Of a stretch of DNA of 37,187 nt, positions 27,739-37,127 are shown one piece after another (the first letter of the stretch is position 1; the number at the start of each line of letters is the position of its first letter). Where the stretch lies: the NCBI GenBank assembly GCA_016839765.1, contig JAEOTP010000051.1, positions 1 through 37,187 on the forward strand. The letters run 5' to 3'. The translations under genes and the position numbers were made by a program. Origin of the DNA: Promethearchaeota archaeon. GTDB taxonomy: Archaea > Asgardarchaeota > Lokiarchaeia > Sigyniarchaeales > SOKP01. The notes below the pieces were generated by a model. That model had not been told where the DNA came from. It made no database searches and saw only the letters and a program-made list of their open reading frames with translations.

Positions 27739-29862
27739 TTAGTATAAACTTGGAATAATGATACGTTTATAAATTAATGAGTTAATGGCATCAAAAATTA
27801 GGTCTTTATTTTCTTCGCTGATGATATTAACTAATTCTTCCAAATAAAAATGATGATTATCTTTAGAGATTGAATGTATCACATTAATAATACGCATTTC
27901 AATTTTTGGTATATTGTTTTCTCTTTTAAGTTTAGAGATATTTATTCTATCGGAACATAATTTGAAAGGTTCTTTATAAAAAAGTTTTAGATGATCACTT
28001 AATACTGAAGGGATTATTTGATTGAAATTATCTAAAGAGCCATCAAATTCTTCTAATTGATCACTAATTTTAAGATTTAAACTTGAAGTTAAATCAACAA
28101 TTTTCTGTTTTAATCTCTGAGATGCTTTTTCTTTTAGAATTAGAATAATTCTGATGTTATTTTTATCACTAACTAGACAGTTAAAATATTTAAAGTCAAA
28201 TTCAAGTAACTTTTTTATATCATAGGGCGCAGCTGAAGCCTCAGAATAATATTTATTATCCTTTTCATCAGTTATTTCTTTCGCCATTGCCGTTAAAGCT
28301 TGAATAAAACCGGGAAATAATATTTGTTTTTCTTTTTTTAACATTGAATAGCTCTTATAAAAAATTGGGATTCCACTATTATTTTGAACGATTAAAATGG
28401 CTTGAATATTTATTGAATCTTTGAATTTTTGTATCCTCGATTGCAAATTGAAACCTCTTTTTTTCTTTCTCGGGATTATGACATGTGTTCTTAAGCTTAA
28501 ACTAGAAAGAATTGCGATAATTACAAAAGAACCAATTAAGATTATCATAATCAAGGTGTATGAGGGAGATATATCTTCATAAGAAATTAGTAATGATACA
28601 TTATCAATTGAAATAGTGATTTTTTTATCTAATACGAATTCATCTGCCAAAAAAATTTGAAAAGAGACCGATATATTTACTTCTTTTAATATTAATGCTG
28701 TAACATCAAAACCATCTAATCCTATTTCTTGAAAAGATGTATTAAATGAAATTAATCGTATTTTTCTCTCATATAGAAAATCATTTATAAAAATTCTTAA
28801 TTCAGAGTTCAGAGAGCGGCTTTCCGGCCAAATTTGATTGATTTTATAATCGAAATTTAAAATAGCACTTGTAATTTCGATATTATCTCCGGTTACTTTA
28901 TTACCTATTTGATTCCAAGATATATAAGTTAACTGGTCTATCTTTTTCTCATAACTAAATGTAAAATTTACAGATTTAATCAGTAATTCATGAAATTCAT
29001 CATTATCATATGTTCCAGAATTATCTGCGGTGTATATTCTAATTCCTAATGTAATTGTAAAATTAAAATAATTTGTACTAAGTACAGAGGTTAAAAAATA
29101 AATCAGGTCATCTTCAGGATAAGATATTAAATATGAATTCGGTAAAGTATCGTCTCCAGGTGGATTGCCTTGCCCTAAATCAGTTGGTTGAAGATACGCC
29201 ATTTCATATACCTTACCTTTTGGTAGATCAGATACTAAGACATAGAATCTAACATAGTCATAGGATTCTTGTTGATCTAAATCATCTCCAGGACAATCAA
29301 CATCTAGATCGACTGTTGCGTTTACGACTACTTGAATTGATGCAGATTTTATTACGTAATCAGACATATCTACAGACGTGGTAATATTTCTGTCCCAATG
29401 GACGCTTGGATTTTGATTTGCATTCTCATCATCAAAAAGATGATATACTTTCAATCCTTCTGAGTCTGAAAAATTGCTACTGGGGCCCTGTGGAAAATCT
29501 GGATTTGGAATAGCCACCCAATTTGAACCTATCGGTGGTGTTTCTACCAATGAAAATGTTCTTTGCTCACCTAAAATTTCAAAATTCCCTTGTCCTGATT
29601 TAATAGATGCGTTTACATCTGTAGGATCTCCTCCAGATAACTTAAACCATGAATTTGTAGGATTATCGAAAGAAGGATTTGAAATCCACTCTTTATTAAA
29701 TTCTTCATAAGTGCTATGGGTTTTTAAATTAGCAGAATCAAAGAAATTCCCTTTATTAATATCAAATAAAGTATTGATATTTGAAATCGTAAATAGAAAT
29801 TTGCCACAAAAGCACAAACTTAAAATTATAAATATTGAAACATAACTTAGTTTCTTATACAT
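27739..29862 (-). CDS. Single-pass membrane protein: large ectodomain, TM, cytoplasmic longin-like domain and C-terminal winged-helix-like segment
   Basis: Likely start MYKK (29862; ORF open to 29910); N-terminal signal/anchor; beta-rich ectodomain with many NxS/T sequons; TM near 28493-28560 then PRKKKR; NIQAILIVQNNSGIPIFYKSY...LFPGFIQALTAMAKEI. Confidence 0.8.
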   Translation of the reverse strand: MYKKLSYVSIFIILSLCFCGKFLFTISNINTLFDINKGNFFDSANLKTHSTYEEFNKEWISNPSFDNPTNSWFKLSGGDPTDVNASIKSGQGNFEILGEQRTFSLVETPPIGSNWVAIPNPDFPQGPSSNFSDSEGLKVYHLFDDENANQNPSVHWDRNITTSVDMSDYVIKSASIQVVVNATVDLDVDCPGDDLDQQESYDYVRFYVLVSDLPKGKVYEMAYLQPTDLGQGNPPGDDTLPNSYLISYPEDDLIYFLTSVLSTNYFNFTITLGIRIYTADNSGTYDNDEFHELLIKSVNFTFSYEKKIDQLTYISWNQIGNKVTGDNIEITSAILNFDYKINQIWPESRSLNSELRIFINDFLYERKIRLISFNTSFQEIGLDGFDVTALILKEVNISVSFQIFLADEFVLDKKITISIDNVSLLISYEDISPSYTLIMIILIGSFVIIAILSSLSLRTHVIIPRKKKRGFNLQSRIQKFKDSINIQAILIVQNNSGIPIFYKSYSMLKKEKQILFPGFIQALTAMAKEITDEKDNKYYSEASAAPYDIKKLLEFDFKYFNCLVSDKNNIRIILILKEKASQRLKQKIVDLTSSLNLKISDQLEEFDGSLDNFNQIIPSVLSDHLKLFYKEPFKLCSDRINISKLKRENNIPKIEMRIINVIHSISKDNHHFYLEELVNIISEENKDLIFDAINSLIYKRIIIPSLY

Positions 29863-30136
29863 TCTCATAATATCAGAATTAAAATATCTAATCCTTAACT
29901 TTATTAGCAAATATACAATAAAAGTTTTCTAATATATATATTTTCAAATATTTAGTTTTTCAGAATAAACCACTTTATATTAACCAAAATTTTTCGATTA
30001 CTACTCTATAATAATACTGATCTTCCTACGATAAGCAACTCAAACCTTTTTTAAATTGGAATGTGTTATACAATTTTAAAATTCTGTTATTATCAAAACC
30101 TTTAAAAACTTTAGCACTATAGTTTACTAGGATAAG

Positions 30137-30166
30137 AGATTTTACCTAAAATCTTTATTTTAGGTA
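30137..30166. promoter_or_regulatory. Overlapping inverted repeats upstream of the GTPase
   Basis: TACCTAAAAT-CTTT-ATTTTAGGTA (30143-30166) and AGATTTTA-CC-TAAAATCT (30137-30154). Confidence 0.45.
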
Positions 30167-30193
30167 TAAGAATAAGTTTTGAGATATAATTAG

Positions 30194-30742
30194 ATGTTCC
30201 TATCAAAAACAGATCTTGCATATAAGATATGTTTATTTGGAAATAAGCAAGTTGGTAAATCTTCTTTAGTCAATCGGTTTGTAGATGGACGATTTGAATT
30301 TGATTTAAAACCGACTATAGGTGCGGCTATTTTTGTAAAAACTATTGAACTTTATAATAAGGTGATCAAACTTCAAATATGGGATTTTGGGGGTGAAGAA
30401 AGGTTCCATTTTCTTTTGAAATCATATGCCTATGGATCCTTTGGAGGAATTTTCATGTTTGATTTAACCAATGCTCATAGTTTAAATGAGATTTACGATT
30501 GGATTTCTATATTTCGGGGTTCATTGGATTATAACTTCAAAAAAGCTCCAATTTTATTAGTAGGAGGAAAATCGGATTTGGAAAATCAAAGAATCTTTGA
30601 TAGTGATGAAATAAAATCTTACCTAACTTCCTTAAATTTGTTCGATTATATTGAGTGTTCATCTAAAACAGGAGAGCATGTAAATTTTGTATTTGAAACA
30701 ATAGTATCTAAGATTATAGAAACATTTACTGATAAAAAATAA
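30194..30742 (+). CDS. Rab-like small GTPase (Ras superfamily)
   Basis: G1 GNKQVGKS, PTIG, KLQIWDFGGEERF, G4 GGKSD, G5 CSSK. Confidence 0.93.
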   Translation: MFLSKTDLAYKICLFGNKQVGKSSLVNRFVDGRFEFDLKPTIGAAIFVKTIELYNKVIKLQIWDFGGEERFHFLLKSYAYGSFGGIFMFDLTNAHSLNEIYDWISIFRGSLDYNFKKAPILLVGGKSDLENQRIFDSDEIKSYLTSLNLFDYIECSSKTGEHVNFVFETIVSKIIETFTDKK

Positions 30743-30779
30743 AGTATTAATTATAAGTGGAAACTAAATTCTTACCAAT

Positions 30780-31790
30780 CTAAGAACTCCTAGATAAATT
30801 TTTAACTGGTTTTCTTTTGCCGAACCACAGTAAGCCATACAAGCTTATGAACACAATCAACATAGCAATAATCTGGTACACTTCAATAGACTCTTTCAAA
30901 ATGAATAACGCAAAAATCATGGTTATCATAGGAGTAGGTGTTGTGACTGTGCTAGCTACTGATACATCAACATGCTTTACAGCATAAAACCAATTTACAA
31001 GTTCTAAGTAATACACAATTCCCATTAGAAATCCAAATAATTGGAATTCAAAGTTTAACAGCCCATCAAAAATATTTGTAATTCCATTAATAAGCGAGGA
31101 AATTCCAAAAAGAATAATGGACGATATAAGCACTCGAAAGAAGGTTACCTGATTAGGAGTGATAGGAGATGTATCAAGCGTGTTCTTTATGGTAACATGT
31201 GCTATACCCCAAAGAAAAGGTACTATAAGAGCAACTGCAAACCATGGGGAAAAACCACTAATGAGCCATGTTCCCTCTGTACCAAGATAATAAATCCCAA
31301 TTATCATGATCAAAGTGAAAACAATCTCACCTAATCGTTTCTTTTTCTTAAAAAGAATAAATTCCCAAAGGATCGAAAATAAAGGGTATGTTTGAATCGC
31401 TATAGCAGCACTTACTGTCCCTGCTGTCTCAAAAGCAAATACATAAAAAAAAGTAGATATAGAAAAAATGAAACCCGTTATCCCCATAATGAGATATGTC
31501 TTTTTCCGAATTTTCCAATCTACAGATTTTTGAAAAATTCCTAAATTTTTTTTGGAAATTTCAATAATAAATAGGGGCAAAGCACATATTAACTCCCATA
31601 AAGAGAGGTAAAATGCATAATCCAAGGCGTTTAGATCAGAAGGGCGGCTATTTGATATAATGGGTAACATTGCAAGAAGAAATAAGGAAATAAATGAAAG
31701 AAAAATCCCTTTATTAAAGTTTGGACTAAAGTCCAAAGAATTAGCTTTAATTGAGGGAAAATCATGGGCTTCATTTCGCTTTCCTGCCAT
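30780..31790 (-). CDS. DMT/EamA-family transporter
   Basis: About 10 TM in two repeats; TVSAAIAIQTYPLF, SVASTVTTPTP, FILKE. Confidence 0.88.
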   Translation of the reverse strand: MAGKRNEAHDFPSIKANSLDFSPNFNKGIFLSFISLFLLAMLPIISNSRPSDLNALDYAFYLSLWELICALPLFIIEISKKNLGIFQKSVDWKIRKKTYLIMGITGFIFSISTFFYVFAFETAGTVSAAIAIQTYPLFSILWEFILFKKKKRLGEIVFTLIMIIGIYYLGTEGTWLISGFSPWFAVALIVPFLWGIAHVTIKNTLDTSPITPNQVTFFRVLISSIILFGISSLINGITNIFDGLLNFEFQLFGFLMGIVYYLELVNWFYAVKHVDVSVASTVTTPTPMITMIFALFILKESIEVYQIIAMLIVFISLYGLLWFGKRKPVKNLSRSS

Positions 31791-31938
31791 AATTTATCAA
31801 AAATAGGTTCACTTATAAACATAGGGGAAATATTAGCTACTTTTCGAATATTCAGTTTATAAAGTAAAACTATATTTTAAAAATATATTAGATTACCATT
31901 CATTATCCATCTTAATATATATATTATTATTTAGACTT

Positions 31939-32415
31939 ATGAAATCAAAAAAAAATCCCTATAATACAAAGGCAACAAATCCTATAGAAGAATTTACTTC
32001 TGTAAAACCAAGTGAGATCCATGGGTTAGGATTATTTGCTAAGAAATTCATCCCAAAGAGTACAATGTTGTGGCATGCGCGCCCACAAGATGTATTAATT
32101 ATAACAAAGGACCAATTTTTAACTCTTGATACTTCTTATAAATCATCATCAATCAAGGACTATATTCACTATTTACTCACCTATTCCTATTATGATAGAG
32201 AACTTGATGCCATAATTTTTTGCTTGGATAATTCACGATTCATAAATCATTCATTTAATGCAAATTCTGGGATATCTGAAGATGAAAGTAGTTTCATTGC
32301 TGTAGCCCAAAATGACATTCAACCGGGGGAAGAAATTACCGAGGATTATTCAAAATATACAGTTTGTACCTGGTTGCTAAAATACAAACAATATTTTGAT
32401 CCCTCTTGTTGGTAG
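31939..32415 (+). CDS. SET-domain protein (putative lysine methyltransferase)
   Basis: SEIHGLGLFAKKFIPK, RFINHSFNAN, DIQPGEEITEDY. Confidence 0.9.
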   Translation: MKSKKNPYNTKATNPIEEFTSVKPSEIHGLGLFAKKFIPKSTMLWHARPQDVLIITKDQFLTLDTSYKSSSIKDYIHYLLTYSYYDRELDAIIFCLDNSRFINHSFNANSGISEDESSFIAVAQNDIQPGEEITEDYSKYTVCTWLLKYKQYFDPSCW

Positions 32416-32530
32416 GGATTTTTCATCTAATGAAAAATGAAAATTCCGATTAAGTAGCTAAAAATCAACCGATGCAATTAAAAATTATTGATCATATCCT
32501 AGACATAAGATTTTAAGCATAATAGTTGAG

Positions 32531-33460
32531 ATGAGTATGTTAGAGGAAGCAGAGCTTAAACCTAAAAAATTAAAATGCCCAAATTGTAGTAATAAGTTTG
32601 TTCCGAAATTTTTTCATCGCGAAAAGGTGAAATTTGAACTTGGAGCACCAATTCATAGATTTAAAATTCCTAAATTTAAAAATTCAAATGGTTATAGCAG
32701 ACCTTATAATATAGTACGCCGATCTTGGGTTACTTTTTGCCCTAAATGTAAATATATTATCAAATTTGCTGCTGAAGTTGGTAAAAAAGAAATGCTAGCA
32801 GATTTTAGCTCATTGCTTCATCTTAAGGAATTCAAAGAAAATGGAAATATCTATGAATATTCTTTTCACGATTACGAAAAACCCTATAAGGAAACTATAT
32901 ATTATAATGAAATATTAATGGAGGACTTGAGAAATGATATTTTGAATACTCTTGAAGATTTAAATTTAGCCCACTGGGGAAAGTTGTATAAGATGTGGAA
33001 GAGTGAATCTTCTATTGATTCTTTTAAGTTTCTAATTAGATTTTATTCACTGATACTGAAACATATTGAAATTCAAGACGTTAAAATCAGCAATGAAAAA
33101 TACTCTGAGAAAATTAAAAACCTAGACCTACCAGAAGTTTTAAAGAAGGATTTACTAGAAATTAAAGAACTTAGAAGGAAAACAATTTATGAATATTACG
33201 ATTTAAACGAAGTGGATGAAGGATTTATCCGTAATATATTTATTAATTTAATGTTTGAATTAGTTTTTAAAAAATTAGAGCCATTGGAATTAAAAAGCAT
33301 TTATAATAAAAAGGATGCCGAAATTTTGGATAATGAGTTTTTATATTCAGAATTTAAAAAGTTATTCAGCAATTATTTAGAAGAACAATTAGGATTAGGA
33401 GAATATGCTAATGAATTTGTAATTTCTTTGTTGAATAAGTTAAAAGTTACTCTAACATAA
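32531..33460 (+). CDS. Hypothetical protein: N-terminal zinc finger plus helical, possibly degenerate HEPN-like domain
   Basis: CPNC...CPKC; LLEIKELRRKTIYEYYDL. Confidence 0.7.
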   Translation: MSMLEEAELKPKKLKCPNCSNKFVPKFFHREKVKFELGAPIHRFKIPKFKNSNGYSRPYNIVRRSWVTFCPKCKYIIKFAAEVGKKEMLADFSSLLHLKEFKENGNIYEYSFHDYEKPYKETIYYNEILMEDLRNDILNTLEDLNLAHWGKLYKMWKSESSIDSFKFLIRFYSLILKHIEIQDVKISNEKYSEKIKNLDLPEVLKKDLLEIKELRRKTIYEYYDLNEVDEGFIRNIFINLMFELVFKKLEPLELKSIYNKKDAEILDNEFLYSEFKKLFSNYLEEQLGLGEYANEFVISLLNKLKVTLT

Positions 33461-33511
33461 AAACTAGGAATTATCAGATCTTTTTTAAATTGGAGTGTTT
33501 TATCTTATGTT

Positions 33512-34666
33512 ATGAGTATTCTAAATTTCTTTATCGAAGTCCATCTTAAACTAAAGCAATACAAATTAGCGTTTATCTTTCTGTTCATATTTTGGTTTGG
33601 TGGTTTTATGGGTTTTTTCATTACAGAACCTAACGAGGATATAGGAATACTACTCTTGTATTCCTTGGGTGTGCGTCGTCCCGAACCTACAGGAGACTTT
33701 GCAAGTTTTTATGCTTTACTATGGCCTATTTTATTAGAGGTAATTGTTTTTGGCTTCATTATGGGAGAATTTTTAGAAAAATATAATCCAATCATAACCA
33801 GTAGAATTCTCTCTAAACATAAACGCAATCATACGGTGATTATTGGATATCAACATCTATCTGAGAGAATTGTAGAATATTGTTATGAAAATAAGGAACA
33901 ATTCTGCATAATTGAGGATCATGAGGAATTGGTCGAAGATTTAATTAATGCAAGCTACCCAGTTGTTGTTGGTGATCCAACCGAGACAACAAATCTTGAA
34001 TTTGCGAATATAAAACGAGCTAAAGAGGTTTTTATTAATATAGGCGATGTAAGAGTTGCTATTATCTGTACTGAAAAGATTCGTAAAATGAATCCATATT
34101 GTCGAATTTATGTTCGTGCATTTGAAGATCATGTGCAAGAATATCTCGAACAACCGCCATTAAATGCATTTTCTTTTTCAACATCAAAATGGGCAATGGA
34201 AGGGATTCAGGATTGGACCAAAGGAAAAACAGGTAAAGCTATAGTGATTGGTCGGGATAGTTTAACACATAGAATTGCTTATCATATTTCCTTGCAACCA
34301 GAACGTGAAGTATTTCTATTTGATGATATCCATGATGGTATTGAGTTTTTTGTAAATGAAAAATTACATATTATCACTGAATTTGCTTGCTTTTTGAGTG
34401 ATTTACGTGCCCATGTGAATCTAGAAGAAATTTCCCAAGTATTTATTTGCTGGAAAAAAGACTCAGAATTCGATGAATCACTTTATTTAACATCTAAATT
34501 TAACTTACGTTATCCCCAGGTTGAGGTTTTTGTGAGAATTTTTGATGAAGAACTTGTAGATTTGGTTGAAAAATATAATGCAAAAACTTTCTCGACGTCA
34601 CAAAACGCGTTTGAGAAGCTTCAAAAAAAAGTTACACCAGACTCTGGAATTGCTCCCCGAAAATAA
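33512..34666 (+). CDS. 2-TM plus tandem RCK/TrkA-N protein (potassium-channel-like architecture)
   Basis: Two TM helices, HTVIIGY, VVVGDPT...LEFANIKRAK, second Rossmann KAIVIGR; no TVGYG filter. Confidence 0.8.
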   Translation: MSILNFFIEVHLKLKQYKLAFIFLFIFWFGGFMGFFITEPNEDIGILLLYSLGVRRPEPTGDFASFYALLWPILLEVIVFGFIMGEFLEKYNPIITSRILSKHKRNHTVIIGYQHLSERIVEYCYENKEQFCIIEDHEELVEDLINASYPVVVGDPTETTNLEFANIKRAKEVFINIGDVRVAIICTEKIRKMNPYCRIYVRAFEDHVQEYLEQPPLNAFSFSTSKWAMEGIQDWTKGKTGKAIVIGRDSLTHRIAYHISLQPEREVFLFDDIHDGIEFFVNEKLHIITEFACFLSDLRAHVNLEEISQVFICWKKDSEFDESLYLTSKFNLRYPQVEVFVRIFDEELVDLVEKYNAKTFSTSQNAFEKLQKKVTPDSGIAPRK

Positions 34667-34706
34667 AGATTAACAAGAATTAATTTCATTTCGATATTAA
34701 TTGATT

Positions 34707-35849
34707 CTAAAGCTTTAATCCAAATCGAGCAGCTGTTTTATTAGTAATTTCAACAATGTCTGCCATTTCTTGGTCTGAAAAATCTGGAGTATAATAAGTA
34801 GGTTGATGTAGATGTTTAATATAATATTTTTTAACTTTTTCAAATTTAGTTGCAGGAAGCTCGGTATGTTCGAGTATCTGATTTATTATTTTTGCTGGAG
34901 TATCGCATAGCTCATCATATCTTACAATAAGGGTAGCTTTTTTGAGCTTTTTGTTTGCATCAAGACTATTGGCGATGAAATCATAAATTGATACCCAATA
35001 ATACGCCCAACCTTTTACATATGTTTCTTTATTTATCCATAATCTGCGAACTTTTTGAATGAGTTCTGTATTTTGAGCGTTTATACATACTTGATCATGA
35101 CCAAACTCATGATGACCAACCATTTTTAACCAATCATTTAATAATGGCCCTTCTCGTCCCAATTGGGTAAATAATTTCGTTTGTTTAATTAGGGAAGCTA
35201 TATGATTGACTGGATTACGAATAATTAGTAAAAATTTTGAACTTGGAAAAAGGCGAAGTAAATATTCCAATCTTGTAACATTGTAATTATTTTTAGCTAA
35301 ATAGCGAGAACTTTTTTGAGTTATTATGAGTTTTCGAATGTGATTTCGATAAAAATTCTCAAATCGAGGATTAGATGCTACCCCATTAATAATATTGGAT
35401 GTATTTTCGTTATGAGCATTATCAAAGAAGTTTTGCCAAAAAATTTCCTCAACCGCTTCAGGGCTTTCACCTGTAACAAATATTCCATCTTTATGGAACC
35501 GCTCAAACGGTTCAGTGTACATTCTAAAAGCTTTTGCGATCTGATTAATCCAATGAGGGATGTATGGCATAAGCAGATATTTATACCGGTGCGATGCCAG
35601 ATCCGGATGTTTGCTTAACATTTCTAGAATGATTGTTGTACCTGCACGAGCAAGACCAGTAATATAAACCGGGTTATTGATATTTATTTTATCAAAATGA
35701 TGACGTAAATGCATAGTTTCAACTTTATCAAGGAAAAATGAGAGATTTTTGAAGTTGTCAAAGAATTTAGCGACAGAATATCCCACATATCCCAACAGTG
35801 GGAATTTAAATCCATCATGATTTTTTGATTTTGCTTTTATCCTTATCAT
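34707..35849 (-). CDS. PAPS-dependent sulfotransferase
   Basis: PVYITGLARAGTT (5'-PSB), IIRNPVNHIASL (3'-PB), VRYDELC. Confidence 0.9.
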   Translation of the reverse strand: MIRIKAKSKNHDGFKFPLLGYVGYSVAKFFDNFKNLSFFLDKVETMHLRHHFDKININNPVYITGLARAGTTIILEMLSKHPDLASHRYKYLLMPYIPHWINQIAKAFRMYTEPFERFHKDGIFVTGESPEAVEEIFWQNFFDNAHNENTSNIINGVASNPRFENFYRNHIRKLIITQKSSRYLAKNNYNVTRLEYLLRLFPSSKFLLIIRNPVNHIASLIKQTKLFTQLGREGPLLNDWLKMVGHHEFGHDQVCINAQNTELIQKVRRLWINKETYVKGWAYYWVSIYDFIANSLDANKKLKKATLIVRYDELCDTPAKIINQILEHTELPATKFEKVKKYYIKHLHQPTYYTPDFSDQEMADIVEITNKTAARFGLKL

Positions 35850-36080
35850 TATATTATCCCGTATTTATACGACTTGCTCATATAAATCTTACAATAAAAA
35901 TTTAATCAATAGTTCTCCTTTTTTATCATTTTTTACTTAGATGATAATATGATATAATATATAGTAAATTGTCAATTTCTAAATAAAGATTATATATTAA
36001 AATAATATTTAAACATTATAAAATCTAATAATCTAAGAACAACAGATATTTTTAATATAAAAACGAGTGAATAGGTCAAA

Positions 36081-36929
36081 ATGACCGAAAATAATTCTAA
36101 ATCTTGGATAAAAAAGTTAATTATACTCGCTATATTTATAGGAGTAATAATAATAACAGCGGAAGTAGATTGGGCAGCTGAGCATGATGAAGTAGGAATT
36201 GCTATACGACTTCTATGGTTAATTAGTTTATTAACTCTAGGGTTAGTATTACCCGTTGGATTCATGTATCTTGCAGGTAATAAAGAAAGTGAAAGAGGAG
36301 ATTCTGATAAAAAATGGTTTATAATTGCTATAATTCTTTTCTTGATCGCTAATGGAATCCCAATTATCTTTTATGTAGTTCTTGGAATTTCACCTGGGTT
36401 TTTTTTATATGTGCAATTAATCTTGTTTGGATTAATTCCAGCTTTCTTTCTGCAACCAAAAAAATTTAAAATGCGAATTCTAATATTAGCTATTCTTTTT
36501 GTTGCGATTATAATCCCAATAGGAATCCTAGTAAATTTTACAATTGATGATATTTGGCATGGTGGCGTAACGGATAAAATAATGTACTATTTGTCCTTTT
36601 GGGGTCTTTTAATGACATTTTTCTACCTCATTATTGCTATTGGTTGGAAATTGGGCGGTGGTACTAAAAGACAAAGCTGGAACATCTTTTTGGCCGGAAG
36701 CCTTTTACAATTTAGCACCCTTGAGGATTTCTTTTACTTCTTTTTAAATGGTGAACCACTTCCCTCAGATTGGTACTGGATGGAAAACTTTGTCATAAAT
36801 TTGAAAACTCTATTTGGTTCTCCTATTACTAGTTGTGATCTACTTATATTCTGCATAATAATAACGGTAATTGCCCTCTTAATTTTATTCGATGTGCATG
36901 GGTATATCTGGAAAAAAATTAAGTCTTAA
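36081..36929 (+). CDS. Hypothetical multi-pass membrane protein (about 8 TM)
   Basis: Hydrophobic helices; LEDFFYF...LP-W-W conserved-looking motif. Confidence 0.8.
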   Translation: MTENNSKSWIKKLIILAIFIGVIIITAEVDWAAEHDEVGIAIRLLWLISLLTLGLVLPVGFMYLAGNKESERGDSDKKWFIIAIILFLIANGIPIIFYVVLGISPGFFLYVQLILFGLIPAFFLQPKKFKMRILILAILFVAIIIPIGILVNFTIDDIWHGGVTDKIMYYLSFWGLLMTFFYLIIAIGWKLGGGTKRQSWNIFLAGSLLQFSTLEDFFYFFLNGEPLPSDWYWMENFVINLKTLFGSPITSCDLLIFCIIITVIALLILFDVHGYIWKKIKS

Positions 36930-36970
36930 ATCCCCTTATTTTTTATTTTCTATATTTTCTATTTTATTAC

Positions 36971-37127
36971 ATTACATATCATAATGAACAACCAGAAGGA
37001 ATTCCTTTTCCAGATTGGCTTGATACTTCTTGGCATAATTGTCTTGTAGGGTGTCTTTATTGTAAATAAGATAGTTAAAGATTGGACCGAACCTGGACCC
37101 ATTTTTACTGAAGAGGAAACAAAATTG
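36971..37127 (+). pseudogene. Remnant of an epoxyqueuosine reductase (QueG)-like Fe-S protein gene
   Basis: ITYHNEQPEGIPFPDWLDTSWHNCLVGCLYC then stop; next frame continues NKIVKDWTEPGPIFTEEETKL; no start or N-terminal part. Confidence 0.55.

Noticed and set aside
3666-36265. Other short track ORFs nested in or antisense to longer genes (e.g. 3666, 4087, 6102, 6737, 6776, 7975, 8172, 9030, 9640, 11717, 15319, 17226, 17922, 18341, 18874, 22131, 23308, 29474, 31631, 33941, 35316, 35990)
   Set aside because: They overlap well-supported genes and show no motifs
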